Of a DNA stretch of 64,000 nt, positions 50,959-59,446 are shown piece after piece. The position numbers and the translations under genes are program-made. This DNA is from Candidatus Bathyarchaeia archaeon (GTDB lineage: Archaea > Thermoproteota > Bathyarchaeia > Bathyarchaeales > Bathycorpusculaceae), in NCBI GenBank assembly GCA_038882955.1, contig JAVZNC010000004.1, positions 64,001 through 128,000 of the forward strand, in the 5' to 3' direction. The notes under the pieces were generated by a model. The model was not told the DNA's origin. It saw only the letters and a list, made by a program, of their open reading frames with translations, and made no database searches. Positions within the stretch are counted from its first letter, which is position 1. Every line of letters starts with the position of its first letter.

Positions 50959-50971
50959 TGGAGAAGGCAAC

Positions 50972-51763
50972 TTGTCTTTTAGGAAAATTGTCAGGAAAAG
51001 GTTGGGCCAAAAAGAGAGGGAATATGAAACTGAACAGCTGATGAAGGAAAAACGCAGCGAAGAATACGAGGTTCTAGAAGAGGTTTTTGACCGTTCAACG
51101 TTAATGGTCATATATGACTTCTTGAACAAGGGCGTGATAAACGAGATTTACGGCGTTGTCAAGGCTGGAAAAGAATCTAGGGTTTACTGGGGCAAAGACG
51201 CTGAAGGGAATGAATTAGCCATAAAAATATATTTGACGGTTTCAGCGGAGTTCCGCAAGGGCATACTCAAATACATAGAAGGCGACCACCGATTCAAGGG
51301 CGTAAAAAGGGACACGCGCTCCCTAATCTTCGCATGGGCGCAGAAAGAGTTCAGAAACCTTGAACAGGCAACAGCCGCAAAAGTGCGCGTGCCAAAACCA
51401 ATAGCCGTTAAAAACAACGTATTAATAATGGAATTCATAGGCGAAGACGGCGTCCCAGCACCATCAATGAAGGAACTGACGCCGAAAAATCCAGAAAAAG
51501 TCTATGCCACGCTTCTCGAGTATCTGCGTAGGCTTTATCTCAAGGCCGAGCTTGTGCACGGAGACCTAAGCGAATATAACATCATGATTTGGCGTGGTCG
51601 CCCAGTAATATTTGACATATCGCAGGCAGTTCCAACTTCACATCCGATGGCGGATTTCCTCCTACGCAGGGACCTAACCAATATAAACAAGTATTTTAGT
51701 AGGTTAGGCGTTGAAGTGCCATCGGTTGAAGAGTGCTACATGAGGGTTACAGACGTTGGCTAA
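50972..51763 (+). CDS. rio1: Serine protein kinase RIO1
   Basis: GKES.VY, AIKIY, WA.KEF.NL, LVHGDLSEYNI, FD.SQAV. Confidence 0.96.
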   Translation: MSFRKIVRKRLGQKEREYETEQLMKEKRSEEYEVLEEVFDRSTLMVIYDFLNKGVINEIYGVVKAGKESRVYWGKDAEGNELAIKIYLTVSAEFRKGILKYIEGDHRFKGVKRDTRSLIFAWAQKEFRNLEQATAAKVRVPKPIAVKNNVLIMEFIGEDGVPAPSMKELTPKNPEKVYATLLEYLRRLYLKAELVHGDLSEYNIMIWRGRPVIFDISQAVPTSHPMADFLLRRDLTNINKYFSRLGVEVPSVEECYMRVTDVG

Positions 51764-52331
51764 ACCAAGCGCATTTGTTAGAATACCTAAAGACCGTATA
51801 GGCGTGTTAGTCGGACCAGAAGGTAAAACAAAAAAAGCCATAGAAGAGAAGCTCGCCGTAACGCTTCAAATAGAAAGCGACTCTGGAGGCGTAACAATAA
51901 TGCTAGCTGAAAACGCAAACGATCCTGCAATGCTTTTCAAGGCAAAGGACGTGGTAACAGCAATTGGACGCGGCTTCTCGCCTGAACACGCTTTTCGCCT
52001 AATCAGAGACGAAGAAGCCGTGCTTGACATAATCGATTTGCGCTTAATCTTTGGAAAATCAGAGTCTGATTTAAGACGCGTGAAGGGACGAATAATTGGG
52101 ATGGACGGCAAAACGCGGAGAATAATTGAGGAGTTGACGGAAACAAACATATGCGTTTACGGACACACCGTTGGCATAATTGGAAACATCGAACAAGTGC
52201 AAGCGGCAAGAGAAGCAATACAAATGCTAATAGAAGGAAGTTCGCATGGCACAGTTTACCGCTACTTACACAAAAAACGCCGCGAACTAAAAAGAAAAAT
52301 GATGGAACTATGGGAAAAACCAGAAGAGTAA
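51756..52331 (+). CDS. KH-domain rRNA-processing protein (Dim2/Pno1)
   Basis: RIGVLVG..G, AIGRGFSPE, KGRIIG..GKTR; follows rio1. Confidence 0.93.
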   Translation: MAKPSAFVRIPKDRIGVLVGPEGKTKKAIEEKLAVTLQIESDSGGVTIMLAENANDPAMLFKAKDVVTAIGRGFSPEHAFRLIRDEEAVLDIIDLRLIFGKSESDLRRVKGRIIGMDGKTRRIIEELTETNICVYGHTVGIIGNIEQVQAAREAIQMLIEGSSHGTVYRYLHKKRRELKRKMMELWEKPEE

Positions 52332-52338
52332 AATGCTG

Positions 52339-52410
52339 TTGGCGAGCTCTCCGCACTCAAGATCCCAATCATTTTGGTTCAGCGGGGCCAGAGTCGTCAT
52401 CGCCCGCCAA
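52339..52410 (-). ncRNA. Box C/D guide sRNA; one guide matches a tRNA-Leu(CAA) anticodon arm
   Basis: Terminal stem UUGGCGGGC/GCUCGCCAA; C box (C)GAUGA, D' CUGA, C' AAUGA, D-like CGGA; guide GGGAUCUUGAGU; upstream TTTTTA box at ~52433-52438. Confidence 0.72.
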
Positions 52411-52469
52411 AAAAACTAAGTTTGGACTTGGATAAAAAGTTATAGGAAACAGCCAAGTGTTGAAGGTTT

Positions 52470-53456
52470 ATGCTTAAAAAAATTCGTGTTGTGCCTTTGG
52501 CTGCTGAAAGTTTTGGCGTTAGGTCTATGTGCACTTACGTGGAGACGCCTGACGTGCGGATACTTTTAGACGCTGGTGTTTCGCTATGCCCACGGCGTTT
52601 TGGTTTGCCTCCGCATCCGTTGGAGTTTAGGGCTATAATTGAAGCGCGTAGGCATATCGCCGAGGCTGCGGAAAAAGCGGAAGTTGTAACATTAAGCCAT
52701 TACCATTTTGACCATCACACGCCCTCCTATGAGGATTGGCTTTGCAATTGGACGGCTGAAACTGAAACTGCACGGCAGATTTACGAGGGAAAAACTGTCT
52801 TAATGAAAAATCCAAAAGAAAACATAAACTTTAGCCAGCGGCGCCGAGGATGGATTTTCCAAAAAACTGGCGGAAAATTCGCTGCTGAACTTGAAGTTGC
52901 AGACGGGAAAGCGTTTCATTTTGGCAAATCCACGACAATAAAATTTTCCAAACCAGTCTTTCATGGACCAGAGGATTCGGCTCTAGGTTGGGTTTTGATG
53001 GTCACAATAGCGTGTGAAGATGAAAAGTTCATGTTTGCCCCAGACGTTCAAGGTCCAATGGCGAGGGACACGCTGAGCATAATTGAGGCGGAGAAGCCTC
53101 AGCTTTTGATGATTGGTGGACCGCCATTGTATTTGGCTGGATTCAAAGTTAATGATGGACAAGTTCAAGCTGGGTTAAATGGTTTAGAACGCGTTGTTGA
53201 AGTCGCAAAAGCTGTCATTTTGGAGCATCACATTTTGAGAGACGCTGGATGGCGCGAAAAAGTGGAAGGCATGTTCAATAAGGCACATGAAAATGGTTGT
53301 AAGGTTCTAACTGCTGCCGAGTTCTTGGGCGTGGAAAATGCCTTTCTAGAGGCTTTTAGGCGGAGGCTTTATGCTGAAAATCCGCCTCCAAGCGAGTTTG
53401 AAAAGTGGATGCGCTGCAGGAAAGCCGACAAAAAGCATGTTAAACCGCCAATTTAG
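52470..53456 (+). CDS. UPF0282 family MBL-fold hydrolase
   Basis: PLAAESFGVRS, SHYHFDH, HG, DVQGP, EHHILRD. Confidence 0.88.
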   Translation: MLKKIRVVPLAAESFGVRSMCTYVETPDVRILLDAGVSLCPRRFGLPPHPLEFRAIIEARRHIAEAAEKAEVVTLSHYHFDHHTPSYEDWLCNWTAETETARQIYEGKTVLMKNPKENINFSQRRRGWIFQKTGGKFAAELEVADGKAFHFGKSTTIKFSKPVFHGPEDSALGWVLMVTIACEDEKFMFAPDVQGPMARDTLSIIEAEKPQLLMIGGPPLYLAGFKVNDGQVQAGLNGLERVVEVAKAVILEHHILRDAGWREKVEGMFNKAHENGCKVLTAAEFLGVENAFLEAFRRRLYAENPPPSEFEKWMRCRKADKKHVKPPI

Positions 53457-53479
53457 GGCTATAGCCAAAATTTTGATAT

Positions 53480-53959
53480 TCACTTGATTAACCTTTTAAT
53501 TTCAGCAACACCTTTTTTTAGGTTTTTTATGTCCACATCACAGAATGGCGCTGAAATCCCAGTTTTATCCAATGCGAAATGCAGTTCTTCTATTAGTATT
53601 CCAGAGTTCTTCACACTGCAGCTTGGGCTGCCATCAACGCCCACAACAGCTTTTAGCTTTATCCCATGCTTTTCATATTCGCTAACCTGCCTTACAAGTT
53701 CTTCAGCAATCTTTCTGCACAAGCTTCTAAACTCTAAATTGTTATAGTCTTCCCTAGTTTTTGGCGCTCTCGCCAGCCCAGCGTATGCGAGTTCTGGACA
53801 TGGCATCTGAACCACACCGACGCCATTACGAACAAAAACCTCTACAACTTCGCGTATCACGCCAGCCCTTTCAGCCAGACCAAAAACACGCGAGTTCTGA
53901 TTTAAAATGCAATGCGCAACCAACACAAGTTTCCCGCCTTTATTATCCTCAAAAACCAT
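53480..53959 (-). CDS. DUF523 / TudS-related protein
   Basis: AHCILNQNS, QMPCPE, GSPSC. Confidence 0.82.
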   Translation of the reverse strand: MVFEDNKGGKLVLVAHCILNQNSRVFGLAERAGVIREVVEVFVRNGVGVVQMPCPELAYAGLARAPKTREDYNNLEFRSLCRKIAEELVRQVSEYEKHGIKLKAVVGVDGSPSCSVKNSGILIEELHFALDKTGISAPFCDVDIKNLKKGVAEIKRLIK

Positions 53960-53994
53960 GGCAACACCAGCTGCTGAGATTAAAATACGGTATA

Positions 53995-54095
53995 TGGGGC
54001 CGAGGCCGGGATTTGAACCCGGGCACTAGGCTTGCTGCCTTGGATTGTGCTCCAGTCCACAGGCCTATAGGCTTCCAGGCTACCTCACCTCGGCC
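53995..54095 (-). tRNA. tRNA-His(GTG) with encoded G-1 and CCA, 24-nt intron at 37/38 (54033-54056)
   Basis: (G)GCCGAGG/CCTCGGC-C-CCA; TAGGC-CT-GTG-G^A-GCCTA; BHB with CTGT/GCAG central helix. Confidence 0.96.
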
Positions 54096-54100
54096 ACTTT
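54081..54100. repeat. att direct repeat within the tRNA-His 5' end and leader
   Basis: TACCTCACCTCGGCCACTTT, identical to 62483-62502. Confidence 0.95.
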
Positions 54101-54133
54101 TTCGGTGATTTCGGTTACTTTTTGTAGCTCTAA

Positions 54134-55453
54134 TCATTTTCGCTTCCTCAGAAATATTAGGTTATCTTTTTGGCATACATAGTCAAATCCGACTTCCAAT
54201 AAGGCTTTAACTTCCTCAGGCGTTTCAGCCACTTTAACTGTAAACTCATCGCTTCCCTGTTCAAACATTGTTCTTTCAATGTTAATGTAGATTTCCGTAT
54301 TTCTTAACTCTTTATGTCCTAAGAACTGCTTCACGTAATAGGGATCTTTAGTTTGATGGTAAAGCATTGTAGCCTTCCAATGTCTAAAAGTGTGAAAGCT
54401 TATGCTTAACAGTCTCGGATTTTGCAGTTTAGCAGCTAAACGCTTTCGCGCTTTTAGGAATGTTGTTTTCAACGAGTTTATAGGGCCATCTCCGAAAACT
54501 CGAACACTTTCTCTAGGCAAAGCGTTAAGCATAGCTGTTAATTTTTGACTTATCTTCCACATTCTCGGGTTAGAACCTTTCTCTGGATCGTTAAGCCTTA
54601 CGATGCTCTTTTCAAAATCTATATCTATCCATTGAAGCCTTTTCGCTTCTCCACATCTCATAGCTGTTTCTTTAAGCAACTGTAGAAACGTGCTGAGTTT
54701 CTTGCCTGTTCCAGATATCAAATCATCAAGTTCTCTTTCAGTCGGTATGAAAGGTATTTTCTGAGTTCGCGCTTTGCAGAATGGTTTATCCCATGTTAGG
54801 CCGTTAAATTTAAGGAAGCGGTCATAAGCAACTATAACGTTGCGTTTTCTGTTTTCACTCCATTTTTGTTTTGCTATGATTTCTTTAACATTTTCTGGAT
54901 CACACAAGTCTGCACCTCTCTGGATTAAGGTTGTTAATGCGGTTCTGTGAAGTCGAATTGTAGCTTCCGCGTAGCCTTTCTTCTGCATATAAAAGCAATA
55001 TTCAACGATTTTGCCTTTAGCGTCTTTAAGCTGCTCTGTGCCGCCCACACTCGGCCTTTCTAGTTGGGTTTCCACTTCGGCCAAGTTTTTCGCCTCGACT
55101 TCCGAGACGCATACTCGGCGTTTACTATTAGAGTAAGGTAAACTATTTAAGCCTTTTTCTGATACAGTAAGGTTATGCGAAGCTACATCTTCACCAAAAA
55201 AGAAAGAACCGTTATCAAAAACTTCCTTAACAAAACAGCCCCTAGAGACGATCCGCTTCTCATGGTTATTCTTTCGAGAATTAAAACCTTTAAAGATTTG
55301 GCTTCCGACATTGAACTTTATCTTGCGCTCAGAAAAGCGATATCCACATAACTTACATAAATAACGTTGAACTCCAAAACCATTCTTATCATATCTAAAA
55401 CCATCTTTCCAAAACTCTTTAGAACCACATTCAGGACAACACAGCTCAGTCAT
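54134..55453 (-). CDS. Tyrosine integrase with N-terminal zinc ribbon; possible short isoform from TTG at 55084
   Basis: ETAMRCGEA (R), EKGS (K), HTFRH, LGHK, TEIY (Y); N-terminal CPECGS..CKLCG. Confidence 0.95.
   Translation of the reverse strand: MTELCCPECGSKEFWKDGFRYDKNGFGVQRYLCKLCGYRFSERKIKFNVGSQIFKGFNSRKNNHEKRIVSRGCFVKEVFDNGSFFFGEDVASHNLTVSEKGLNSLPYSNSKRRVCVSEVEAKNLAEVETQLERPSVGGTEQLKDAKGKIVEYCFYMQKKGYAEATIRLHRTALTTLIQRGADLCDPENVKEIIAKQKWSENRKRNVIVAYDRFLKFNGLTWDKPFCKARTQKIPFIPTERELDDLISGTGKKLSTFLQLLKETAMRCGEAKRLQWIDIDFEKSIVRLNDPEKGSNPRMWKISQKLTAMLNALPRESVRVFGDGPINSLKTTFLKARKRLAAKLQNPRLLSISFHTFRHWKATMLYHQTKDPYYVKQFLGHKELRNTEIYINIERTMFEQGSDEFTVKVAETPEEVKALLEVGFDYVCQKDNLIFLRKRK
55175..55351 (+). 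CDS. 58-aa protein encoded antisense inside the integrase linker
   Basis: MRSYIFTKKERTVIKNFLNKTAPRDDPLLMVILSRIKTFKDLASDIELYLALRKAIST; TATTTAA box ~25 nt upstream (leaderless). Confidence 0.65.
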   Translation: MRSYIFTKKERTVIKNFLNKTAPRDDPLLMVILSRIKTFKDLASDIELYLALRKAIST

Positions 55454-55460
55454 TAAGCTT

Positions 55461-55595
55461 CTACTCCCTTACATAATCAACAATTTCCTCAATCTTCTGC
55501 TCAAGCAACGAAACACGATCAATAAGCTCCTCTACCTTCTCCTCAAGATCCGCTACCCGATTCTCTAACTGAAGCAACAACTTCAAACAATCCAC
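55461..55595 (-). CDS. 44-aa coiled-coil protein (missed by ORF track)
   Basis: MDCLKLLLQLENRVADLEEKVEELIDRVSLLEQKIEEIVDYVRE; AGGTG SD; regular heptads. Confidence 0.75.
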   Translation of the reverse strand: MDCLKLLLQLENRVADLEEKVEELIDRVSLLEQKIEEIVDYVRE

Positions 55596-55603
55596 ATTAA
55601 CAC

Positions 55604-58600
55604 CTACCACGGCGGCCCCACTCCTAACCCACTCAAAACACCAAAAAACAACCCAAATTCACTTTGATTTAATTCGATTTCATTGAAATTTTCAGAGTTA
55701 AAGCCATGCGCACCCGACCCTTCGCGCGGGTCACGTAACATATTAGTTAGGACAGACAGCAAACTCTCAACAAATTCAAACAGTTTAGGCGCTCGGATCT
55801 TATATAATTCTAACACGTTCAGCAGAGCTGCTAAAGGATTCGCCTTCCTATTATTGCTTCTGTGCGCGAAGCATTGAATTTCTAAACGACCCACAGGCTC
55901 ATTTTGCCATGCTTCAACAAAAGGCCGAAATCTTCTTAGAAACTCATGCCTTTTCAGATTAAACCTTCTATTGCGATCATAAAGCACAATATTACCTGAA
56001 ACAAAATATCGACTATCAGAAAGCACCCTTCCATTAATACCTATGAACCCTAAACCTTTTCTATAATCATATTCGTTTTGCTCGCACACCTCTTCAAACT
56101 CTTCTATCCTTTGTTTAATTTCGCTAGGCGGAATATCATAGGCTACGTCAAAACGGCAATACCGCGCATAAGGAATAACTTTCAATTCGACCTTTTGGCT
56201 GCAAAGCCATTTAAAAAGAATATTATCGGATTCCTCAACAACAACTTTTAACGCTTTATTCAATTCCGCTTCAAGCAATGCTACATCATCAAAGAAACAT
56301 TCAATAATTTTAACCAATGTTGAAGGCAACCATAAAGGCAATTCTCGGAAAACAAATTTTCTACGTTTAACCTGCATCCAATTAACCGCATCCCAGCTTA
56401 TGTGATACCTAACCTTATACGGAAACCTTTGAATCACATAGAACCGTCTTTGAGCAAAAGGCGATCTCTTTCTAGCTTTTCGCGGTAATTTCCACAGCAT
56501 AGGCTCATGTTCAATTAATTCCTTCTTTTTCACGTCAAGCGTATTAACCGTAAGTTTTACACCATAATTATCGCTATGGCCTAATTTGCCAATAACACGC
56601 GCTAGCAACCTCATCTTTTCATTAATCTCAAGCGGAATATGCAAAAGGCCCGCTTGACTGATCTGAGCCTCTAAAAATGTTGTGTCAGGCTTACCTAACA
56701 AAGGCGCAAAAACCTTAGCTGGAATATCCTTTTCTAAGTTACTCTTTTCAAATTTGAGATTTGCCGGCGATAACGGCCATAACTTACCTGCTAAATCTTC
56801 CAATGGCTCTTTAAGCTTAGACGCGAAATATACTCTTCCGCTTTTAGTAATTTCATAAACAACATCTTCAAAGCCTTCAATTGTTTGCATCATTTCCGCG
56901 TTAGTTTGCTCTTCATACATTGATGATAAAATCTGAGCTTCAACAACTGTTAGATCATAGCCTTTCTTATTTCTTATAAGGTTGAAAATTGCTTCCTTGC
57001 TGCTATATCCATAAGCGCGTAAATGCTCAAAAAATTCTAAAAACCATTGAGAAGTTGATAATTTCTTTGAAGGCTGCTTATTGAAACCGCACCAATTAGC
57101 AAGCTGCTTTATAAAACGGTTAAGCCTTAAAGATTCACCCCATCCGCCCGATTCTAACTCATCAACCAAAGCCTTAATTTCCAAATACCATTCGCGTTCT
57201 ATTTTCTTAATACGTGCGGAAATAGAGAGAGGATAAGAAAAGTAAAAGCACCATTCGCCTGATTCCGCATCCTTCAATAATTTACGCACAGCAGGAATAT
57301 TAGGCGTATTTTTCTGTTTTGTCACTTGCCTTATATCATGGATAGGCTGTCTTTCTGAATTTAAAAGAAAAGACTGAATGCGATTTTTCTCTCTTCCAAA
57401 TCCAGACCGTTCCGCACCTTTAATTATCCACTCTTCATTAGGCAATTTAACTGCATAACGTTTAGTGCGGAAAACCACAAGCTCAACCGCATCCGCATAC
57501 TCTTTTTTAGCGCCCCAAGGCGCAAGTTTGTTAAGAAGCCTCTTTAACCGCGCCTCCTCCTTTGCAGAACACACATAAGAATCCGTATCATGGTAAATTA
57601 AAGAATCCTTCAATTGCGATTCTATAAGCCATGACATTGTTCTCGCAAAAGCTGTCACATGAGCAGCTAAGGCTAAATTTGAAAACGTTTGATCTACATC
57701 ACATAAGAGACCTGTAACCGCATTTAAAGCGATTTTCAAAGATGTTGATAATTCCTGATTGGCCCTACGCATAGCATAGAATTCAGACCATTTCTTTGAC
57801 CATTCCTCATCTTTTGCATATAGAAATCCACAAGCATCTAAAATTTGCACACGTTTTAGCTGATTCTTTGACTGCAAAAACAAAAAGTAAAGTGGAAAAT
57901 TAACAACCATTCCCGCTTTAAAATTAACTAGACCTTCTGCTCGAGCTTGCTCTTCCCTTCGATTTCTATAAACTAATGTATAATACGAAAGTTTTCTAGA
58001 TTTCTTTTGCTTTTCCTTTAACACCTCAACTTTCCATGTTGAATTTTCCAAAAATTGAATTAGAACCCAAGAGGAAAGCGCTAAAACGGACATTTCTTGA
58101 TTAACATATAACCGTGAAAATGCTTCCACAGGGCCAACTTTTTTAATCAACTCTAAAATATGATTCGCGACAGATCTAGCTTCCTCTCCATAACAAAGCC
58201 TCATTGACCTAGGCGAAAACCTGCTCATAATACTCGGATATTCACTATTCACATCATAAAACACAAAATCTCTAAAACGGCTAACTTGCCACGCTTTAAC
58301 ACGTCCACCCGCATAAAATGCTGGAAAACTCGGAAATTTCGTATATGGTGCAACCAAAATCTTAGCAATCCTCGCACCGCTTTCAAATAATTTAATAGGT
58401 GAAATATGACTTTCAATAACCTCATAACGATTCTGTTTCAAAACAAAATTAACAAAATTAGCTTTTTCAAAACCTAAAACTTCTAAAAACATTGCCGCCT
58501 TTTCTAAACATCGAGAAAGCAACTCAAAACATGACAAAAGATCATACGCGTTATATTTGCGATTCAAAAAATCTTCCGTTTCTAACTTCTTAAAAAATAT

Positions 58601-59155
58601 GTTTGTTTCAGATTGGCTTTTTAGACTCCGTTTTTTTTCATCAAGCAAATTAGATGACAAACGCATGATATCAATCGCATAACTAACAACCCTCTCTTTT
58701 CGGAAAATATAATAACTAACTTTTTGATCTCCAAACCGCGTAAACCTACGCAATAAAATATCTCTAGCATCCTTTGAAAATGCACGGATCAAATCAAATC
58801 CATAATTAAAAGCTGCAAAAACAACAATCGAAGCATCCCCCACCAACGTATCAAGCTCAACTTTGGTTAAAGCATGATCATAATGATAAATTTCCAAAGT
58901 CGGATAAGATAAAACGCCAACAAGGCGCACATCATCCCTATTACTTACATCCGTCTCCACATCAAAGAGCAGCAATTTAAAATCTTGCATACTAGAACTG
59001 AGAAACGGTTTCAATAATTCCGAATATTTTTTCACTTTCTCAGCTAAAACTTGTAAATTTGCTTTTTCTTTATCATTCAAAATGTAAATTTGACCAAAAC
59101 TTTTATCTCCAAGTCTTAACAAATCTGATAATTGGATTCCCATGCGATCCCTCAC
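55604..59155 (-). CDS. Family B DNA polymerase fused to a Rep_trans-like rolling-circle initiator domain (likely ATG start 59143)
   Basis: Exonuclease: FDVET(65), FNYGFD(121), YNAYD(205). Polymerase: YAGGR(281), YDVNSEYPS(301), KIALNAVTG(474), YHDTDS(523), KRY(565). C-terminal: CRFDVAYD(1000), SRYFV(1050), IVLYDR, RLEIQ(1092). Confidence 0.85.
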   Translation of the reverse strand: MRDRMGIQLSDLLRLGDKSFGQIYILNDKEKANLQVLAEKVKKYSELLKPFLSSSMQDFKLLLFDVETDVSNRDDVRLVGVLSYPTLEIYHYDHALTKVELDTLVGDASIVVFAAFNYGFDLIRAFSKDARDILLRRFTRFGDQKVSYYIFRKERVVSYAIDIMRLSSNLLDEKKRSLKSQSETNIFFKKLETEDFLNRKYNAYDLLSCFELLSRCLEKAAMFLEVLGFEKANFVNFVLKQNRYEVIESHISPIKLFESGARIAKILVAPYTKFPSFPAFYAGGRVKAWQVSRFRDFVFYDVNSEYPSIMSRFSPRSMRLCYGEEARSVANHILELIKKVGPVEAFSRLYVNQEMSVLALSSWVLIQFLENSTWKVEVLKEKQKKSRKLSYYTLVYRNRREEQARAEGLVNFKAGMVVNFPLYFLFLQSKNQLKRVQILDACGFLYAKDEEWSKKWSEFYAMRRANQELSTSLKIALNAVTGLLCDVDQTFSNLALAAHVTAFARTMSWLIESQLKDSLIYHDTDSYVCSAKEEARLKRLLNKLAPWGAKKEYADAVELVVFRTKRYAVKLPNEEWIIKGAERSGFGREKNRIQSFLLNSERQPIHDIRQVTKQKNTPNIPAVRKLLKDAESGEWCFYFSYPLSISARIKKIEREWYLEIKALVDELESGGWGESLRLNRFIKQLANWCGFNKQPSKKLSTSQWFLEFFEHLRAYGYSSKEAIFNLIRNKKGYDLTVVEAQILSSMYEEQTNAEMMQTIEGFEDVVYEITKSGRVYFASKLKEPLEDLAGKLWPLSPANLKFEKSNLEKDIPAKVFAPLLGKPDTTFLEAQISQAGLLHIPLEINEKMRLLARVIGKLGHSDNYGVKLTVNTLDVKKKELIEHEPMLWKLPRKARKRSPFAQRRFYVIQRFPYKVRYHISWDAVNWMQVKRRKFVFRELPLWLPSTLVKIIECFFDDVALLEAELNKALKVVVEESDNILFKWLCSQKVELKVIPYARYCRFDVAYDIPPSEIKQRIEEFEEVCEQNEYDYRKGLGFIGINGRVLSDSRYFVSGNIVLYDRNRRFNLKRHEFLRRFRPFVEAWQNEPVGRLEIQCFAHRSNNRKANPLAALLNVLELYKIRAPKLFEFVESLLSVLTNMLRDPREGSGAHGFNSENFNEIELNQSEFGLFFGVLSGLGVGPPW

Positions 59156-59191
59156 ATAAAAAAGGGGAGATGAGCCGCATCACCTCAATTT

Positions 59192-59446
59192 TTAGTAAAC
59201 GTTGATCCAAGTGATGCGCGCTTTTTTGTTAGGCGCGGGAAGTTTCAGAACAATTTTATTGCCTTCTTTGCGACCCGAAGCTAAAACCTTCTCAATCAGC
59301 TCAGGCAAAATGCCATAACGGACTTCTTCACCCGCAACATTAGCCGTTAAGATCAGACATTCTTTGTTTTCTAAGCGACCCATGCGTGCGCTAACGATTT
59401 CAGCTTCAACCCGACTGCCTAACAAATCCTCAAGAGTTATAGGCAT
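59192..59446 (-). CDS. 84-aa beta-rich protein upstream of Pol-Rep (possible SSB/accessory factor)
   Basis: GAGGGA SD, ATG; function inferred from position only. Confidence 0.7.
   Translation of the reverse strand: MPITLEDLLGSRVEAEIVSARMGRLENKECLILTANVAGEEVRYGILPELIEKVLASGRKEGNKIVLKLPAPNKKARITWINVY

Noticed and set aside
53949-54137. 62-aa ORF over tRNA-His
   Set aside because: Spurious translation of the tRNA gene.
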